Shown here: positions 27,482 to 35,979 of the stretch, one piece after another
Layout of the letters: every line of letters starts with the position of its first letter
Position numbering within the stretch: the stretch's first letter is position 1
DNA from: an uncultured Sediminispirochaeta sp.
Lineage (GTDB): Bacteria; Spirochaetota; Spirochaetia; DSM-16054; Sediminispirochaetaceae
NCBI GenBank assembly: GCA_964632675.1
Contig: CAZWDV010000008.1
Span: forward strand, 17,725 to 81,724
DNA length: 64,000 nucleotides
Direction of reading: 5' to 3'
Program-made: the position numbers and the translations under genes
Notes under the pieces: generated by a model
The model's input: the letters and a program-made list of their open reading frames with translations, nothing else
What the model was told of the DNA's origin: nothing
Database searches by the model: none

Positions 27482-28321
27482 ATGAATAAAAACATCAGTC
27501 TTTCTATCGTCATACCGACCTACCGCAGCGCTGAACATATACCCGCACTCCTCGAGCGTATGCTGCCTATTTTGGATGGAATTGAAACCCGGGCGGAGGT
27601 GATTTTTGTGGATGACGGGTCGGAGCCCGACAGCGTGGCGCTCCTGCGCCGCTGTCTGGCCCCTGACAAACTCCTGTGTATGTTTCCCAAAGAGCCGGTG
27701 CCAGTGCGGGCGGTATTGTTGGCACGCAACGCCGGACAGCAGCAGGCCACCCTCTGCGGCATCTGCCACGCCCACGGCCAGCTGGTTGTCACGCTGGACG
27801 ACGACCTGCAGCACCGCCCCGAGGACATCCCGCACCTGCTCGAACTCCTGCGCGCCGGGCCCAACCTGGTGTACGGGATGCCCGCCGCCAGCGTGGTGCG
27901 GCCGCTGCGCCGGATGGGCTCCCGCGCCCGGGACCTCATTTTCAAACTGGCCTTCGGCCGGCGGGCTGCCGGCGTGCGTCCCACCAGCTTCCGGGCTTTC
28001 CGGCGCGAGCTGATCGAAGGGCTCTGCCGTGACCCGCGCGGGTTTCTGTATCTGTCGGCGGAGTTCTTCCGGGCCGGCGCCGCTGTCGCCCAGCTGCCGG
28101 TGCAGTACGACCGCCCCCCGCAGCATCCGGCCCGCTATCCGCTCTGGAAGCTGCTGAAAGTCTTTGCCGGGCTGGCCCTGTACATTCCCATCTTCCCGCG
28201 CTTTCTGCGGGTTTTGTTCGGAGGGGCCAAGTGGGAGGTCGCCGAGCTGGTGAACTTTCCTGGGGCGCCGGGCGGGGGCGTTGCGGACAGAAGCGGCGGG
28301 GGCGAAGGAGCCGGGCGATGA
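27482..28321 (+). CDS. Family-2 glycosyltransferase of the polyprenyl-phosphate sugar synthase type (ArnC/GtrB/DPM1-like)
   Basis: 279 aa. LSIVIPTYRSAEHI, VIFVDDGS, NAGQQQA, VTLDDDLQHRPEDI (DxD region), RAFRRE, plus one C-terminal hydrophobic helix. Confidence 0.75.
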   Translation: MNKNISLSIVIPTYRSAEHIPALLERMLPILDGIETRAEVIFVDDGSEPDSVALLRRCLAPDKLLCMFPKEPVPVRAVLLARNAGQQQATLCGICHAHGQLVVTLDDDLQHRPEDIPHLLELLRAGPNLVYGMPAASVVRPLRRMGSRARDLIFKLAFGRRAAGVRPTSFRAFRRELIEGLCRDPRGFLYLSAEFFRAGAAVAQLPVQYDRPPQHPARYPLWKLLKVFAGLALYIPIFPRFLRVLFGGAKWEVAELVNFPGAPGGGVADRSGGGEGAGR

Positions 28322-29607
28322 AACTGCTGATTGTCGGCGGTGGACAGGGGCAGCTGCGGGCCATCCGCCGGGCCCGGCAGACCGGTCTGGAAGTGGTGGT
28401 AAGCGATATGAATCCCGCCGCCCCCGGGGCCAACCTGGCCGACGGCTTTACACAGGCGGACACCTTTGATGCCGCCGCCACCGCCGCGGCCGCCCGGCGG
28501 CAGCGTGTAGACGGAATTGCCACTCTGGGCACCGACCAGCCGGTGCTGACTGTCACCCGGGCGGCCGGCGAACTGGGGCTGCCCCGCAGCTTGAGCGTGG
28601 AGCAGGCTCTGGCGGTGACCAACAAACGCTACATGAAGCGCTGGTTCGACGAGTGCGGAATTCCCCACAGCCCCTACCGCATCGTCGGCCCCGATTTCCG
28701 GCCGGAGCAGCTGAAGGGCTTGCAGCCGCCCCTGGTGCTGAAGCCGGTCGACAGCCAGGGCCAGCGCGGGGTAGTGCGGCTGGAGTCCTCCGACCAGGTG
28801 GCAGATTACCTGCCGGAGGCCCTCAGCTACTCCCGCGACGGCTATGCGGTGGTGGAGGAGTTCTATCCGGGCCGGGAAATAACCTTCAGCGGATGGGTGC
28901 GCCAGGGGCACATGTATCCGTTGACCATTACCGACCGCATCACCAGGCCCTTCTACCCGCACATCGGCGTGTGTATCGCCCATACCTATCCCAGCCGCTG
29001 TGCGGCCGAGTACGGCGGGGAGATTGTGGACATCAGCCGCCGGATAGTCGCGGGCTTCGGCATCCAGCAGGGACCGCTCTACTTCCAGATGCTGATCGGC
29101 CCCGCAGGAGTGCGGGTGAACGAGGTGGCCGCCCGCATCGGCGGAGCCTACGAGGACGAGTTCATACCGGCCCTCACCGGCATCGATATCGACATGCTGA
29201 ACTTCGCCGAAGCCCTGGGCAGCCCGGGCCGGCCCGGCCAACTTGGCCAGCCCGGCAGCTTCGATGCCCGGGACAGCGCCGCCCTGCATGACTACCGCTA
29301 TCCGGCTGCCGGAGCCCTGGCGGTGCTGCTCTTCTTTACCGAACCGCTGCAGGTGGCCGCTACCGGCCCCGAGGCCGCCCTGCAGCGGATACCCGGCGTG
29401 GTCGCCGCCCGCTATCTGCTGGAACCGGGCCGGCAGATCGGCCCCATGCACAACTCGACGGGCCGGGCCGGCTACGTTATCATACAGGCAGACAGCCCGG
29501 TGCAGGTCAACCGCAGCATCGACGCGGTATATGCCGCCCTCGAAGTAATCGACCCGGCCGGCCGCAACCGGGTGCTCGACTTTGCACGCGAGAGTTATGT
29601 GGTATAG
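28318..29607 (+). CDS. ATP-grasp family ligase
   Basis: Start moved to ATG 28318 (ATGA overlap with the GT2 stop). MKLLIVGGGQGQLRAIRRARQTGLEVVVSD..., NKRYMKRWFDECGIPHSPY, PLVLKPVDSQGQRGV, VVEEFYPGREITFSG, LYFQMLIG...VNEVAARIGG. This is the pre-ATP-grasp plus ATP-grasp fold order. Confidence 0.7.
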   Translation: MKLLIVGGGQGQLRAIRRARQTGLEVVVSDMNPAAPGANLADGFTQADTFDAAATAAAARRQRVDGIATLGTDQPVLTVTRAAGELGLPRSLSVEQALAVTNKRYMKRWFDECGIPHSPYRIVGPDFRPEQLKGLQPPLVLKPVDSQGQRGVVRLESSDQVADYLPEALSYSRDGYAVVEEFYPGREITFSGWVRQGHMYPLTITDRITRPFYPHIGVCIAHTYPSRCAAEYGGEIVDISRRIVAGFGIQQGPLYFQMLIGPAGVRVNEVAARIGGAYEDEFIPALTGIDIDMLNFAEALGSPGRPGQLGQPGSFDARDSAALHDYRYPAAGALAVLLFFTEPLQVAATGPEAALQRIPGVVAARYLLEPGRQIGPMHNSTGRAGYVIIQADSPVQVNRSIDAVYAALEVIDPAGRNRVLDFARESYVV

Positions 29608-29633
29608 AATTTGAATAAAACGGAGCAGACATT

Positions 29634-30680
29634 ATGCGTTTAGTACCTATTGTTTCTATAATCGCTGCCGCGGTGTTAATCGGCGGCGGGGCTATCAGCT
29701 GCGGCGGCGAAGGGGCGGGCGAGGACCGGGTTGCCGGATCCTCCGCCCAAGATCAGCACCAATCTTCGAAGGAGCTGGTAATCGCTGAACAGTACGGACT
29801 GGCCTACGCACCGCTGCAGGTGATGCGGGTACAGGGTTTTCTGGAGGCCGAGCTGCCAAACTACGAAATCGAGTGGAGCCGGCTCGGTAATACTGCGGCC
29901 ATCCGCGAGGCAATGCTGGCCGGCCGTGTGGATGCGGGCTTCATGGGGATACCGCCCTTCCTGATCGGGTACGACCGGGGAATGGAGTGGCGAATCTTTA
30001 CCGGCCTCTCGCAGGCGCCCCTGGGGCTGGTGACCTGGCGGAAAGATCTGCAGAGTCTGTCCGATTTTGGTCCGCAGGACAAAATCGCGCTGCCGCAGCC
30101 CGGCAGCATTCAACACATACTGCTGTCGATGGCCAGCGAGCGGCAGCTGGGCAATGCCCAGGCCCTGGACGACCGGCTGGTGACAATGAACCACCCCGAC
30201 GGAATGAACGCCCTGCTCAGCCGACGCGACATCAGCGCCCACTTCACCAGCCCGCCCTACCTCATGGAAGAGCTGGCCGCCGGGGGGACCCATCTGGTGG
30301 TATCGGGGCGCCAGGCGATGGGCGGCGATTTCACCTTTATTGTCGGGGTAGCCACCGAAGTTCTGCTACAGGAGGCGCCCGCGGCGGTTTCTGCACTGCG
30401 CCGCGCTCTGGCACAATCTATTGAGTTTATGCAGACCACCCGTCCCGAGGTCCTCACCCTGCTGGCCGGCGAATATGGCCTCTCGCAGGAGAAAGTAGCG
30501 GAATATCTGGACTGGGAGCAGATGAAGTACTCGCAGCAGGTTCTAGGCCTCGAACGCTTTATCGATTTCATGGCCGAACAGAACTACCTCAATGAATCCT
30601 TTTCGCCTTCTGCGGTCCTTTCGGAGTGTCTGGCCCGCGATGCCGACGCGGCAGCCGCGGGAGAGTCCGATGGCAACTGA
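29634..30680 (+). CDS. ABC transporter substrate-binding lipoprotein (NMT1/SsuA/TauA-like)
   Basis: 348 aa. Lipobox GAISC. Type-2 PBP pattern (LVIAEQYGLAYAPLQV...GRVDAGFMGIPPFL...KIALPQPGSIQHILL). Adjacent to TauC/TauB-type partners. Confidence 0.6.
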   Translation: MRLVPIVSIIAAAVLIGGGAISCGGEGAGEDRVAGSSAQDQHQSSKELVIAEQYGLAYAPLQVMRVQGFLEAELPNYEIEWSRLGNTAAIREAMLAGRVDAGFMGIPPFLIGYDRGMEWRIFTGLSQAPLGLVTWRKDLQSLSDFGPQDKIALPQPGSIQHILLSMASERQLGNAQALDDRLVTMNHPDGMNALLSRRDISAHFTSPPYLMEELAAGGTHLVVSGRQAMGGDFTFIVGVATEVLLQEAPAAVSALRRALAQSIEFMQTTRPEVLTLLAGEYGLSQEKVAEYLDWEQMKYSQQVLGLERFIDFMAEQNYLNESFSPSAVLSECLARDADAAAAGESDGN

Positions 30681-31488
30681 AGGGAAGCCTCGATCGACTG
30701 CCGGCCGGCAGAATAAGGCCGGGCGCTGGCGGACCCATCTGCTGTTTCTGTTAGGGGTGCTGCTGATCTGGGAGCTGACCGCCCGCCTGAGCGGTATAAC
30801 TCCGCTGCTGCTGCCGCCGGTAAGTGAAGTGATCGCTTCGCTTGGAAATGATCTCGGCACGGGTGTCCTAATCCGACGCATCGGCTTTTCGCTGGTTATA
30901 ATATTCGAAGGGGTTGCCCTGGGGGCGCTGGGGGCCCTGCTTCTCAGTGCCGCAGTGTGGAGCGGGGGCCAGCCGGTCGCCCGCATTGTCGATTCAGCCG
31001 TTGCCTTTCTGCATCCCCTGCCGGGAATCGCACTGCTGCCGCTGGTCATACTGTGGGCCGGAACCGGCCGCACTGCCGTTCTGCTGATTATTATACACTC
31101 GGTAATTTGGCCGCTGACCACCAATCTCACCGGTGGAATCCGCTCTGTTCCCGAACATCTGCACGATGTCAGCCGCAACTACCGGCTCGGGCACCTGCAG
31201 ACTATGCGCCACCTGATACTGCCGTCTTCCCTGCCGTATCTCATTGCCGGGCTGCGGATCGGCTGGGCCCGGGCCTGGCGGGCCCTGATAGCCGCGGAGA
31301 TGGTGTTCGGAGCCGCCGGCGGCAGCGGCGGACTGGGCTGGTACCTCTTTCAGCAGCGGGTCTTTATGGATACCCGGGGTATGTTTGCCGGCATTCTGGT
31401 TATTATGGTAATCGGTGTTCTGTTTGAAGAGCTGCTGTTCGAATCACTCGAGCGCGGAACCATAAGAAAGTGGGGAATGAGCCGGTGA
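30670..31488 (+). CDS. ABC transporter permease (NitT/TauT family)
   Basis: Start moved to ATG 30670 (11-nt overlap with the SBP gene). 6 TM. The EAA-like loop LIAGLRIGWARAWRALIAAEMV is typical of SsuC/TauC permeases. Confidence 0.8.
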   Translation: MATEGKPRSTAGRQNKAGRWRTHLLFLLGVLLIWELTARLSGITPLLLPPVSEVIASLGNDLGTGVLIRRIGFSLVIIFEGVALGALGALLLSAAVWSGGQPVARIVDSAVAFLHPLPGIALLPLVILWAGTGRTAVLLIIIHSVIWPLTTNLTGGIRSVPEHLHDVSRNYRLGHLQTMRHLILPSSLPYLIAGLRIGWARAWRALIAAEMVFGAAGGSGGLGWYLFQQRVFMDTRGMFAGILVIMVIGVLFEELLFESLERGTIRKWGMSR

Positions 31489-32285
31489 GCCGCGGGAAAC
31501 AACAGCCGGAACAGCACAGGTTGCCTCTCTTGCAGGCTGAGAGTGTCAGTTTTGACTATGAAGCCGAGCAAGGCCGCGCCAACGGCGGCGTTATCCAGAA
31601 CTTTTCTCTCGCAGTTGCCGCCGGCGAGTTTATCGCAGTAGTCGGGCCCTCGGGTTGCGGAAAGACCACGCTGATGAAGCTGCTGGCCGGGTTTCTTCAG
31701 CCATTCGGCGGGCAGGTTCAGTGGCACGGTGCACCAATGCCGGGGCCGTCCCCCCGCCGTGTAGTTGTGTTTCAGGAGTTCGATCAATTGTTTCCCTGGA
31801 AGCGGGTGTGGGCTAACGTGGAGTTCCCCCTCAGGCACGGGGGCAGCGCGGCGGTCAAACTGCGTGACCGGCCGGCCCGCCGCGCGCGGGTGGCGGCCAT
31901 GCTGCAGGAGGTAGGGCTCTCGGAAGCCCGCCACCAGTTTCCCTTTCAGCTTTCAGGGGGAATGAAGCAGCGTACGGCCCTGGCACGGGCACTGGTATGC
32001 CGGCCCGATATGCTGCTGATGGACGAGCCCTTCGGCAGCCTGGATGCCCAGAAACGGGAAGAGCTACAGGGACTTTTGCTGCGGATGTGGCAGGAGCATG
32101 GCTTTGCAGCCATTTTTGTGACCCACGATATTGCCGAAGCCCTGTATCTGGCCGACCGTATCATTGTTCTTTCGCCGGCCGGCAGGACTGAACATACAGA
32201 GATTCAGGTGGAGCTATCGCGGCCCCGCGACCGCAGCAGCGCGGAGTTTCGCGACTACTACCGCCGGGTGTACGAATTACTTTGA
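31470..32285 (+). CDS. ABC transporter ATP-binding protein (NitT/TauT family)
   Basis: Walker A GPSGCGKTT, signature LSGGMKQR, Walker B LLMDEPFGSLD, H-loop VTHD. GTG 31470 or GTG 31485; the latter gives a GTGA overlap with the permease stop. Confidence 0.9.
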   Translation: MGNEPVSRGKQQPEQHRLPLLQAESVSFDYEAEQGRANGGVIQNFSLAVAAGEFIAVVGPSGCGKTTLMKLLAGFLQPFGGQVQWHGAPMPGPSPRRVVVFQEFDQLFPWKRVWANVEFPLRHGGSAAVKLRDRPARRARVAAMLQEVGLSEARHQFPFQLSGGMKQRTALARALVCRPDMLLMDEPFGSLDAQKREELQGLLLRMWQEHGFAAIFVTHDIAEALYLADRIIVLSPAGRTEHTEIQVELSRPRDRSSAEFRDYYRRVYELL

Positions 32286-32639
32286 ACTCTTGACTAACAG
32301 AATGGAAAGGGTGCCGATTGCACCGAGGGCCGCAAGAATAATGCGGCCGGTCAAACCGGTAATTACCGTGAGACCGGAAAGCAGTATCATCGTCCACATA
32401 ATCAATATTGAGCGTAGTTTAATATGACGGGGAAGCGTACGCTCCTCCTGAAAGCGGCGGATAAGGGGGCCGAAACGCCGGCTGTTCAACAGTTTACTGT
32501 ACAGCCGGTCTGAACTGCGGGCATAACAACCGGCCGCCACCAGCAGAAAAGGAGTGGTCGGCAGGCCGGGCAGCAGTATTCCGATAAACCCTAAGCCGAC
32601 ACTGATCGATCCTAATACAATTAACAGCGCTTTACCCAT
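32277..32639 (-). CDS. DUF454 (YbaN-like) inner-membrane protein
   Basis: 120 aa. LGFIGILLPGLPTTPFLLVAAGCYARSS is the DUF454 signature. Confidence 0.75.
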   Translation of the reverse strand: MGKALLIVLGSISVGLGFIGILLPGLPTTPFLLVAAGCYARSSDRLYSKLLNSRRFGPLIRRFQEERTLPRHIKLRSILIMWTMILLSGLTVITGLTGRIILAALGAIGTLSILLVKSSK

Positions 32640-32667
32640 GCTGTTTTACAGTAGCATGTATGTTTGA

Positions 32668-33660
32668 TTAAGACGAGTGCATTTTTGAAAACAGGTCTAT
32701 GCCAAACTGCAGAAACAGGTGCGGCAGGTCGATAAAAACCCAGTTTTCAGTTAGCAGGTCCTCCTCCCGTCTCCACCAATCCATAACCCGCATGCCGATC
32801 TGTTTTCCGGTGGCAGGGGTTCCCAGGTATTCGCCTTGGTGGGTTGCCAGCACGCTCGGCCAGCCGGTGGTTGCGGTATAATGGCCTTCGGCAATGCGCG
32901 CTACATGGTAACCTCCCTGCCGGTCGGCAAATGCATGCAGAAAGGGCTGCTGGTGGTCTTGTTGAAAGCCTTTGAGGCCGTAGGTAGTACCTATTCCGGT
33001 GGGGCCGTACCACACCATTTTCTCTGGATTCCAGAAGCGGTCCATACCCATGCTGGTGAGGTTCGACTGGTCGTAGTTTTTCAGGCCGAAGATCATAGAC
33101 TCAACCAGTTCAAGGGATTTTTTGGTGGCGGAGGGGTCCTGTTCTAAAAGTAGTACTCCGTCTTTTGTTGAAGGGCCGGGGACTACCCATTCTGTACCGC
33201 GGCTTTTCGGAAGCACCTGTATACCGACCTGCCGCATAAGATCTATAAGATCGAGTAGTATTCTGGTCTCGACAATTTTTCCACCTTCGATTTTGGAGAA
33301 CTGGCCGAAGCGTATATAGGCAACCTTGCCGTTGGAAGGAATGCCAAGCCAGTCGTGGGTGAAAGTGCCGATGAAATGTCCTGTGGCGCTGATCCACTCC
33401 TTGCCGCAAAAGTTTCCGCTCAAAAAAATATCGGTTTTACGTCGGAGGTCGGGGAAAGAGTGAAACAGTGGCTGGTAAAAGCAGAACTCGAGTGCTTCGC
33501 GACCGGTGATAGAATTGATTGGATGGGGCCCGAACCACACCAGGTCAGGCGATAAATAGTCATTATGAAGTGAAGTGCGCTCAGTCTGAACGGCGGAGTT
33601 CAACATTGACCAGTACTCCCATACTCGGTATTTGTTCATTTTAATACTGCTTGTCGACAT
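32668..33660 (-). CDS. Tandem SnoaL-like (NTF2-fold, 'ester cyclase') protein
   Basis: 330 aa. Two repeats of the SnoaL pattern: FPDLRRKTDIFLSG...ATGHFIGTFTHDWLGIPSNGKVAYIRFGQFSKIEGGKIVETRILLDLIDLMRQVG, then ...ATHQGEYLGTPATGKQIGMRVMDWWRREEDLLTENWVFIDLPHLFLQFG. AAGGAG SD. Confidence 0.7.
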   Translation of the reverse strand: MSTSSIKMNKYRVWEYWSMLNSAVQTERTSLHNDYLSPDLVWFGPHPINSITGREALEFCFYQPLFHSFPDLRRKTDIFLSGNFCGKEWISATGHFIGTFTHDWLGIPSNGKVAYIRFGQFSKIEGGKIVETRILLDLIDLMRQVGIQVLPKSRGTEWVVPGPSTKDGVLLLEQDPSATKKSLELVESMIFGLKNYDQSNLTSMGMDRFWNPEKMVWYGPTGIGTTYGLKGFQQDHQQPFLHAFADRQGGYHVARIAEGHYTATTGWPSVLATHQGEYLGTPATGKQIGMRVMDWWRREEDLLTENWVFIDLPHLFLQFGIDLFSKMHSS

Positions 33661-33701
33661 AGCGGTTCTCCTTAGCCAGGGTTTTACCTTGCTACTATAT
33701 T

Positions 33702-33715
33702 TGATTACGTATTCA
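33702..33715. promoter_or_regulatory. Operator-like palindrome S1, TGATTACGTATTCA
   Basis: One of six intergenic copies of TGNATACGTATNCW (central CG). Lies 42 nt upstream of the ATG of gene 32668..33660 (-). Confidence 0.6.
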
Positions 33716-33831
33716 TTGTAAAGAAAGATATTTGTTGTATAGATTTTATATTTTACTGCAATAAACCGCCAAAAAGCTGTTCATATCTGCCAGTAAAATA
33801 AATTTGATTTGGACTCAGGCAGATATTTTTC

Positions 33832-33861
33832 TTGACACTTTGATGTTTCTCAAGATAGAAT
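33832..33861 (+). promoter_or_regulatory. sigma-70-like promoter of the 33892 operon
   Basis: TTGACA (33832-33837), 18-nt spacer, TAGAAT (33856-33861). Operator S2 begins 2 nt downstream. Confidence 0.6.
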
Positions 33862-33862
33862 A

Positions 33863-33876
33863 TGAATACGTATACA
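33863..33876. promoter_or_regulatory. Operator-like palindrome S2, TGAATACGTATACA
   Basis: Overlaps the predicted transcription start of the 33892 operon. 161 bp centre-to-centre from S1. Confidence 0.65.
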
Positions 33877-33891
33877 TTACTGGAGTAAACT

Positions 33892-34950
33892 ATGGGTGAT
33901 AATGAAAAAAAGGTACCGGTAGAGGTTGCTGAGAACTTTCTGATCGATATGTATCGGGCAGCCGGACTTCCGGACGGAGATGCAATTTACTGTGCAAAAT
34001 GTGCGGTACAGACCAATCTTTGGGGAGTAGATTCCCATGGCATTCTGCGCACCCCGATTTATATTGAGCGAATTCGCAATGGGGCCATTAAAAGTACCCC
34101 GGATATCAGAAGTCTTAAGGGTGCGAGTAAAGCCCTGGAACTGATGGATGGTGATTCCGGGCACGGCTATGTGGTGGGTCGAACCGTGATGAACCATGCA
34201 ATCGATAAGGCCCGGCAGCACGGGCTGTCGGCAGTAGTGGTGCGGAACAGCAATCATTTTGGCGCGGCTTCTCTGTATGCCCGGATGGCAGCTGAACAGG
34301 GTATGATCGGTGTTGTGACAACCAATGTTATGCCAAACATCGGGATGAAGGGTAATAAACGGCCTTCCACTGGCAACAATCCGATTGCAATGGCAGCTCC
34401 GCTTTCTGGCGAGTTCCCATTTTCCCTCGATATCTCTCTCAGCGCAGTAGCCGGCGGAAAACTGCTGCTGGCCAGTAAGAAAGGCGAAAAGATACCGACC
34501 AATTGGGCAGTTACCAAAGAAGGGCTCGAGACAGACGATCCGGATGAAGGCTTCAAGGGTTTTCTTTTGCCGGTTGGGATGCACAAGGGCTTTGGGCTTT
34601 CTCTGTTTGTCGACATCATTACCGGAGTGCTCAGCGGCGGAGCGTTCAACAATGAGCTGAAGAGTATGTACAAAAACGCACAAGACCCGAGCCTAACTTC
34701 ACACATGTGTGCGGTGTTTGATCCGGCAGTGTTCATGGAAAAGGAGGAGTTCACCCAGAGAATGGATGAACTGAGCTTGCGGGTGAAAGCTACCCCTATG
34801 GTAAATTCCGATGATACCCAGCTAATCCCGGGCGAACTGGAAATGAAAACCGAACAGACTCGTAGGGTGGAAGGGATCCCCGTCCCCGGGGAATTAATAC
34901 AGGATTTAAACAAGCTTGCAGCAGATCTGCAGCTTGAAATATGGCTATAA
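33892..34950 (+). CDS. Ldh_2-family (malate/L-lactate/sulfolactate/ureidoglycolate/imino-acid) NAD(P)H oxidoreductase
   Basis: 352 aa. LWGVDSHGILRTPIYIERIRNGAIK, NSNHFGAASLYA, NPIAMAAP and GGKLLLASKKGEKIP...KGFGLSLFVDI are typical Ldh_2 blocks. Substrate is not inferable. Confidence 0.8.
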   Translation: MGDNEKKVPVEVAENFLIDMYRAAGLPDGDAIYCAKCAVQTNLWGVDSHGILRTPIYIERIRNGAIKSTPDIRSLKGASKALELMDGDSGHGYVVGRTVMNHAIDKARQHGLSAVVVRNSNHFGAASLYARMAAEQGMIGVVTTNVMPNIGMKGNKRPSTGNNPIAMAAPLSGEFPFSLDISLSAVAGGKLLLASKKGEKIPTNWAVTKEGLETDDPDEGFKGFLLPVGMHKGFGLSLFVDIITGVLSGGAFNNELKSMYKNAQDPSLTSHMCAVFDPAVFMEKEEFTQRMDELSLRVKATPMVNSDDTQLIPGELEMKTEQTRRVEGIPVPGELIQDLNKLAADLQLEIWL

Positions 34951-34969
34951 AAACAAAGAGAGGATTGAT

Positions 34970-35884
34970 ATGAAAGAACAGAAAGAGTTTAAGTTGGACA
35001 GAAGAGATTCGGTATGGTACCAGGAGAATAGTGCTCACGTAGTTGCGAAATATGCCAAAGAAGTGTGTGATGTTGCAATTCTTCCGATTGGCGCAATCGA
35101 ACAGCACGGAGCGCATGCTCCCACAGGTATGGATGCCTTTAACGCTATCGGTATTGCCGAGAAAGTTGGTGAAAAAACCGGTGCGATGGTACTGCCGAGC
35201 CCGATGTACGGGTCCCATCCGCATCACCACTGGGGAATGGTCGGAACCATTCCGCTTACCTTTGAAACCCACATCGGTCTGTTAATGGACATCGTCCGCG
35301 GTGCCGCAGTTGCCGGTTACAACAAGTTTATCATTATATCTGCCCATGGCCAGGTTATGTCGACTCTTGTCGCGGTTCACAAGCTCGGTATTGAAGGTTT
35401 CTTTACTCTATCTTCTACTTGGTACGACTTCCTTCGTGATGATAAAAATGTGTTGGATGACTATATGTGGCATGCCGACGAGGCTGAATCTTCAGTAGGT
35501 CTGTACCTCTATCCGCAATGGATGAACCAGGATCTGGCTGAGGCTGGTGCCGGCCACGGGCTGATCGACGGAAAGTGGAAGATTGCTCCGGGACAGGCCG
35601 CTGAGCCGGGTATGTTTTATCACTTCGAAGGCACCTTTGCGCTGCCCGAAAAGGATGATCTGGACAACGGAGTTATCGGCGATCCCGAGAGGGCCAGTCG
35701 TGAAAAAGGTGAAAAGCTGGTAGAAGGTGTTGTGGGGCATTACTCAAAACTTATCGAAGAGATCAAAGGTAAATATCCCTGTGGCATAAATCCATTAGGA
35801 TTTCGTAACCCCCAGGGTTATACCGGTGCTGCCGACATCAAATATGATGAACACCACGACGACAAGGGACAGCTAAAGATTTAA
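34970..35884 (+). CDS. Creatininase-family amidohydrolase
   Basis: Start at ATG 34970 (SD AGAGAGGA). AILPIGAIEQHGAHAPTGMDAF...VLPSPMYGSHPHH...IIISAHGQ...HADEAESS matches the creatininase/ArfB/MftE-family metal-binding pattern. Confidence 0.75.
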   Translation: MKEQKEFKLDRRDSVWYQENSAHVVAKYAKEVCDVAILPIGAIEQHGAHAPTGMDAFNAIGIAEKVGEKTGAMVLPSPMYGSHPHHHWGMVGTIPLTFETHIGLLMDIVRGAAVAGYNKFIIISAHGQVMSTLVAVHKLGIEGFFTLSSTWYDFLRDDKNVLDDYMWHADEAESSVGLYLYPQWMNQDLAEAGAGHGLIDGKWKIAPGQAAEPGMFYHFEGTFALPEKDDLDNGVIGDPERASREKGEKLVEGVVGHYSKLIEEIKGKYPCGINPLGFRNPQGYTGAADIKYDEHHDDKGQLKI

Positions 35885-35979
35885 TTTTGACCCCAATTAG
35901 GTTTGGGAGGATCCGGCTGAACTCTCCGCCGCCCTCCCGGCCTTTCTTTTTTAACCTATATATAAAAGAGGTCCTGCAT

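Noticed and set aside
27413-29451. Minus-strand ORFs of 237, 227 and 438 aa, plus several + strand alternative-frame ORFs
   Set aside because: The region is about 70% GC by eye, so stop codons are rare in all frames. The products are Arg/Gly/Pro/Ala-rich. The GT2 and ATP-grasp frames carry the recognisable motifs.
33877-34913. Minus-strand ORFs of 268 and 219 aa opposite the Ldh_2 gene. Similar cases occur at 42694..43524, 48651..49385, 51198..51938, 54954..55535 and 61814..62455.
   Set aside because: In each case the opposite strand encodes a protein with clear family motifs and an SD. The antisense products have no recognisable features.
35905-35952. GGGAGG...CCTCCC plus T-rich run between the creatininase-family and SDR genes, as a terminator
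   Set aside because: The stem is only 6 bp with a 22-nt loop, too weak to annotate as a feature. It is mentioned under the operon finding as a possible internal attenuator.
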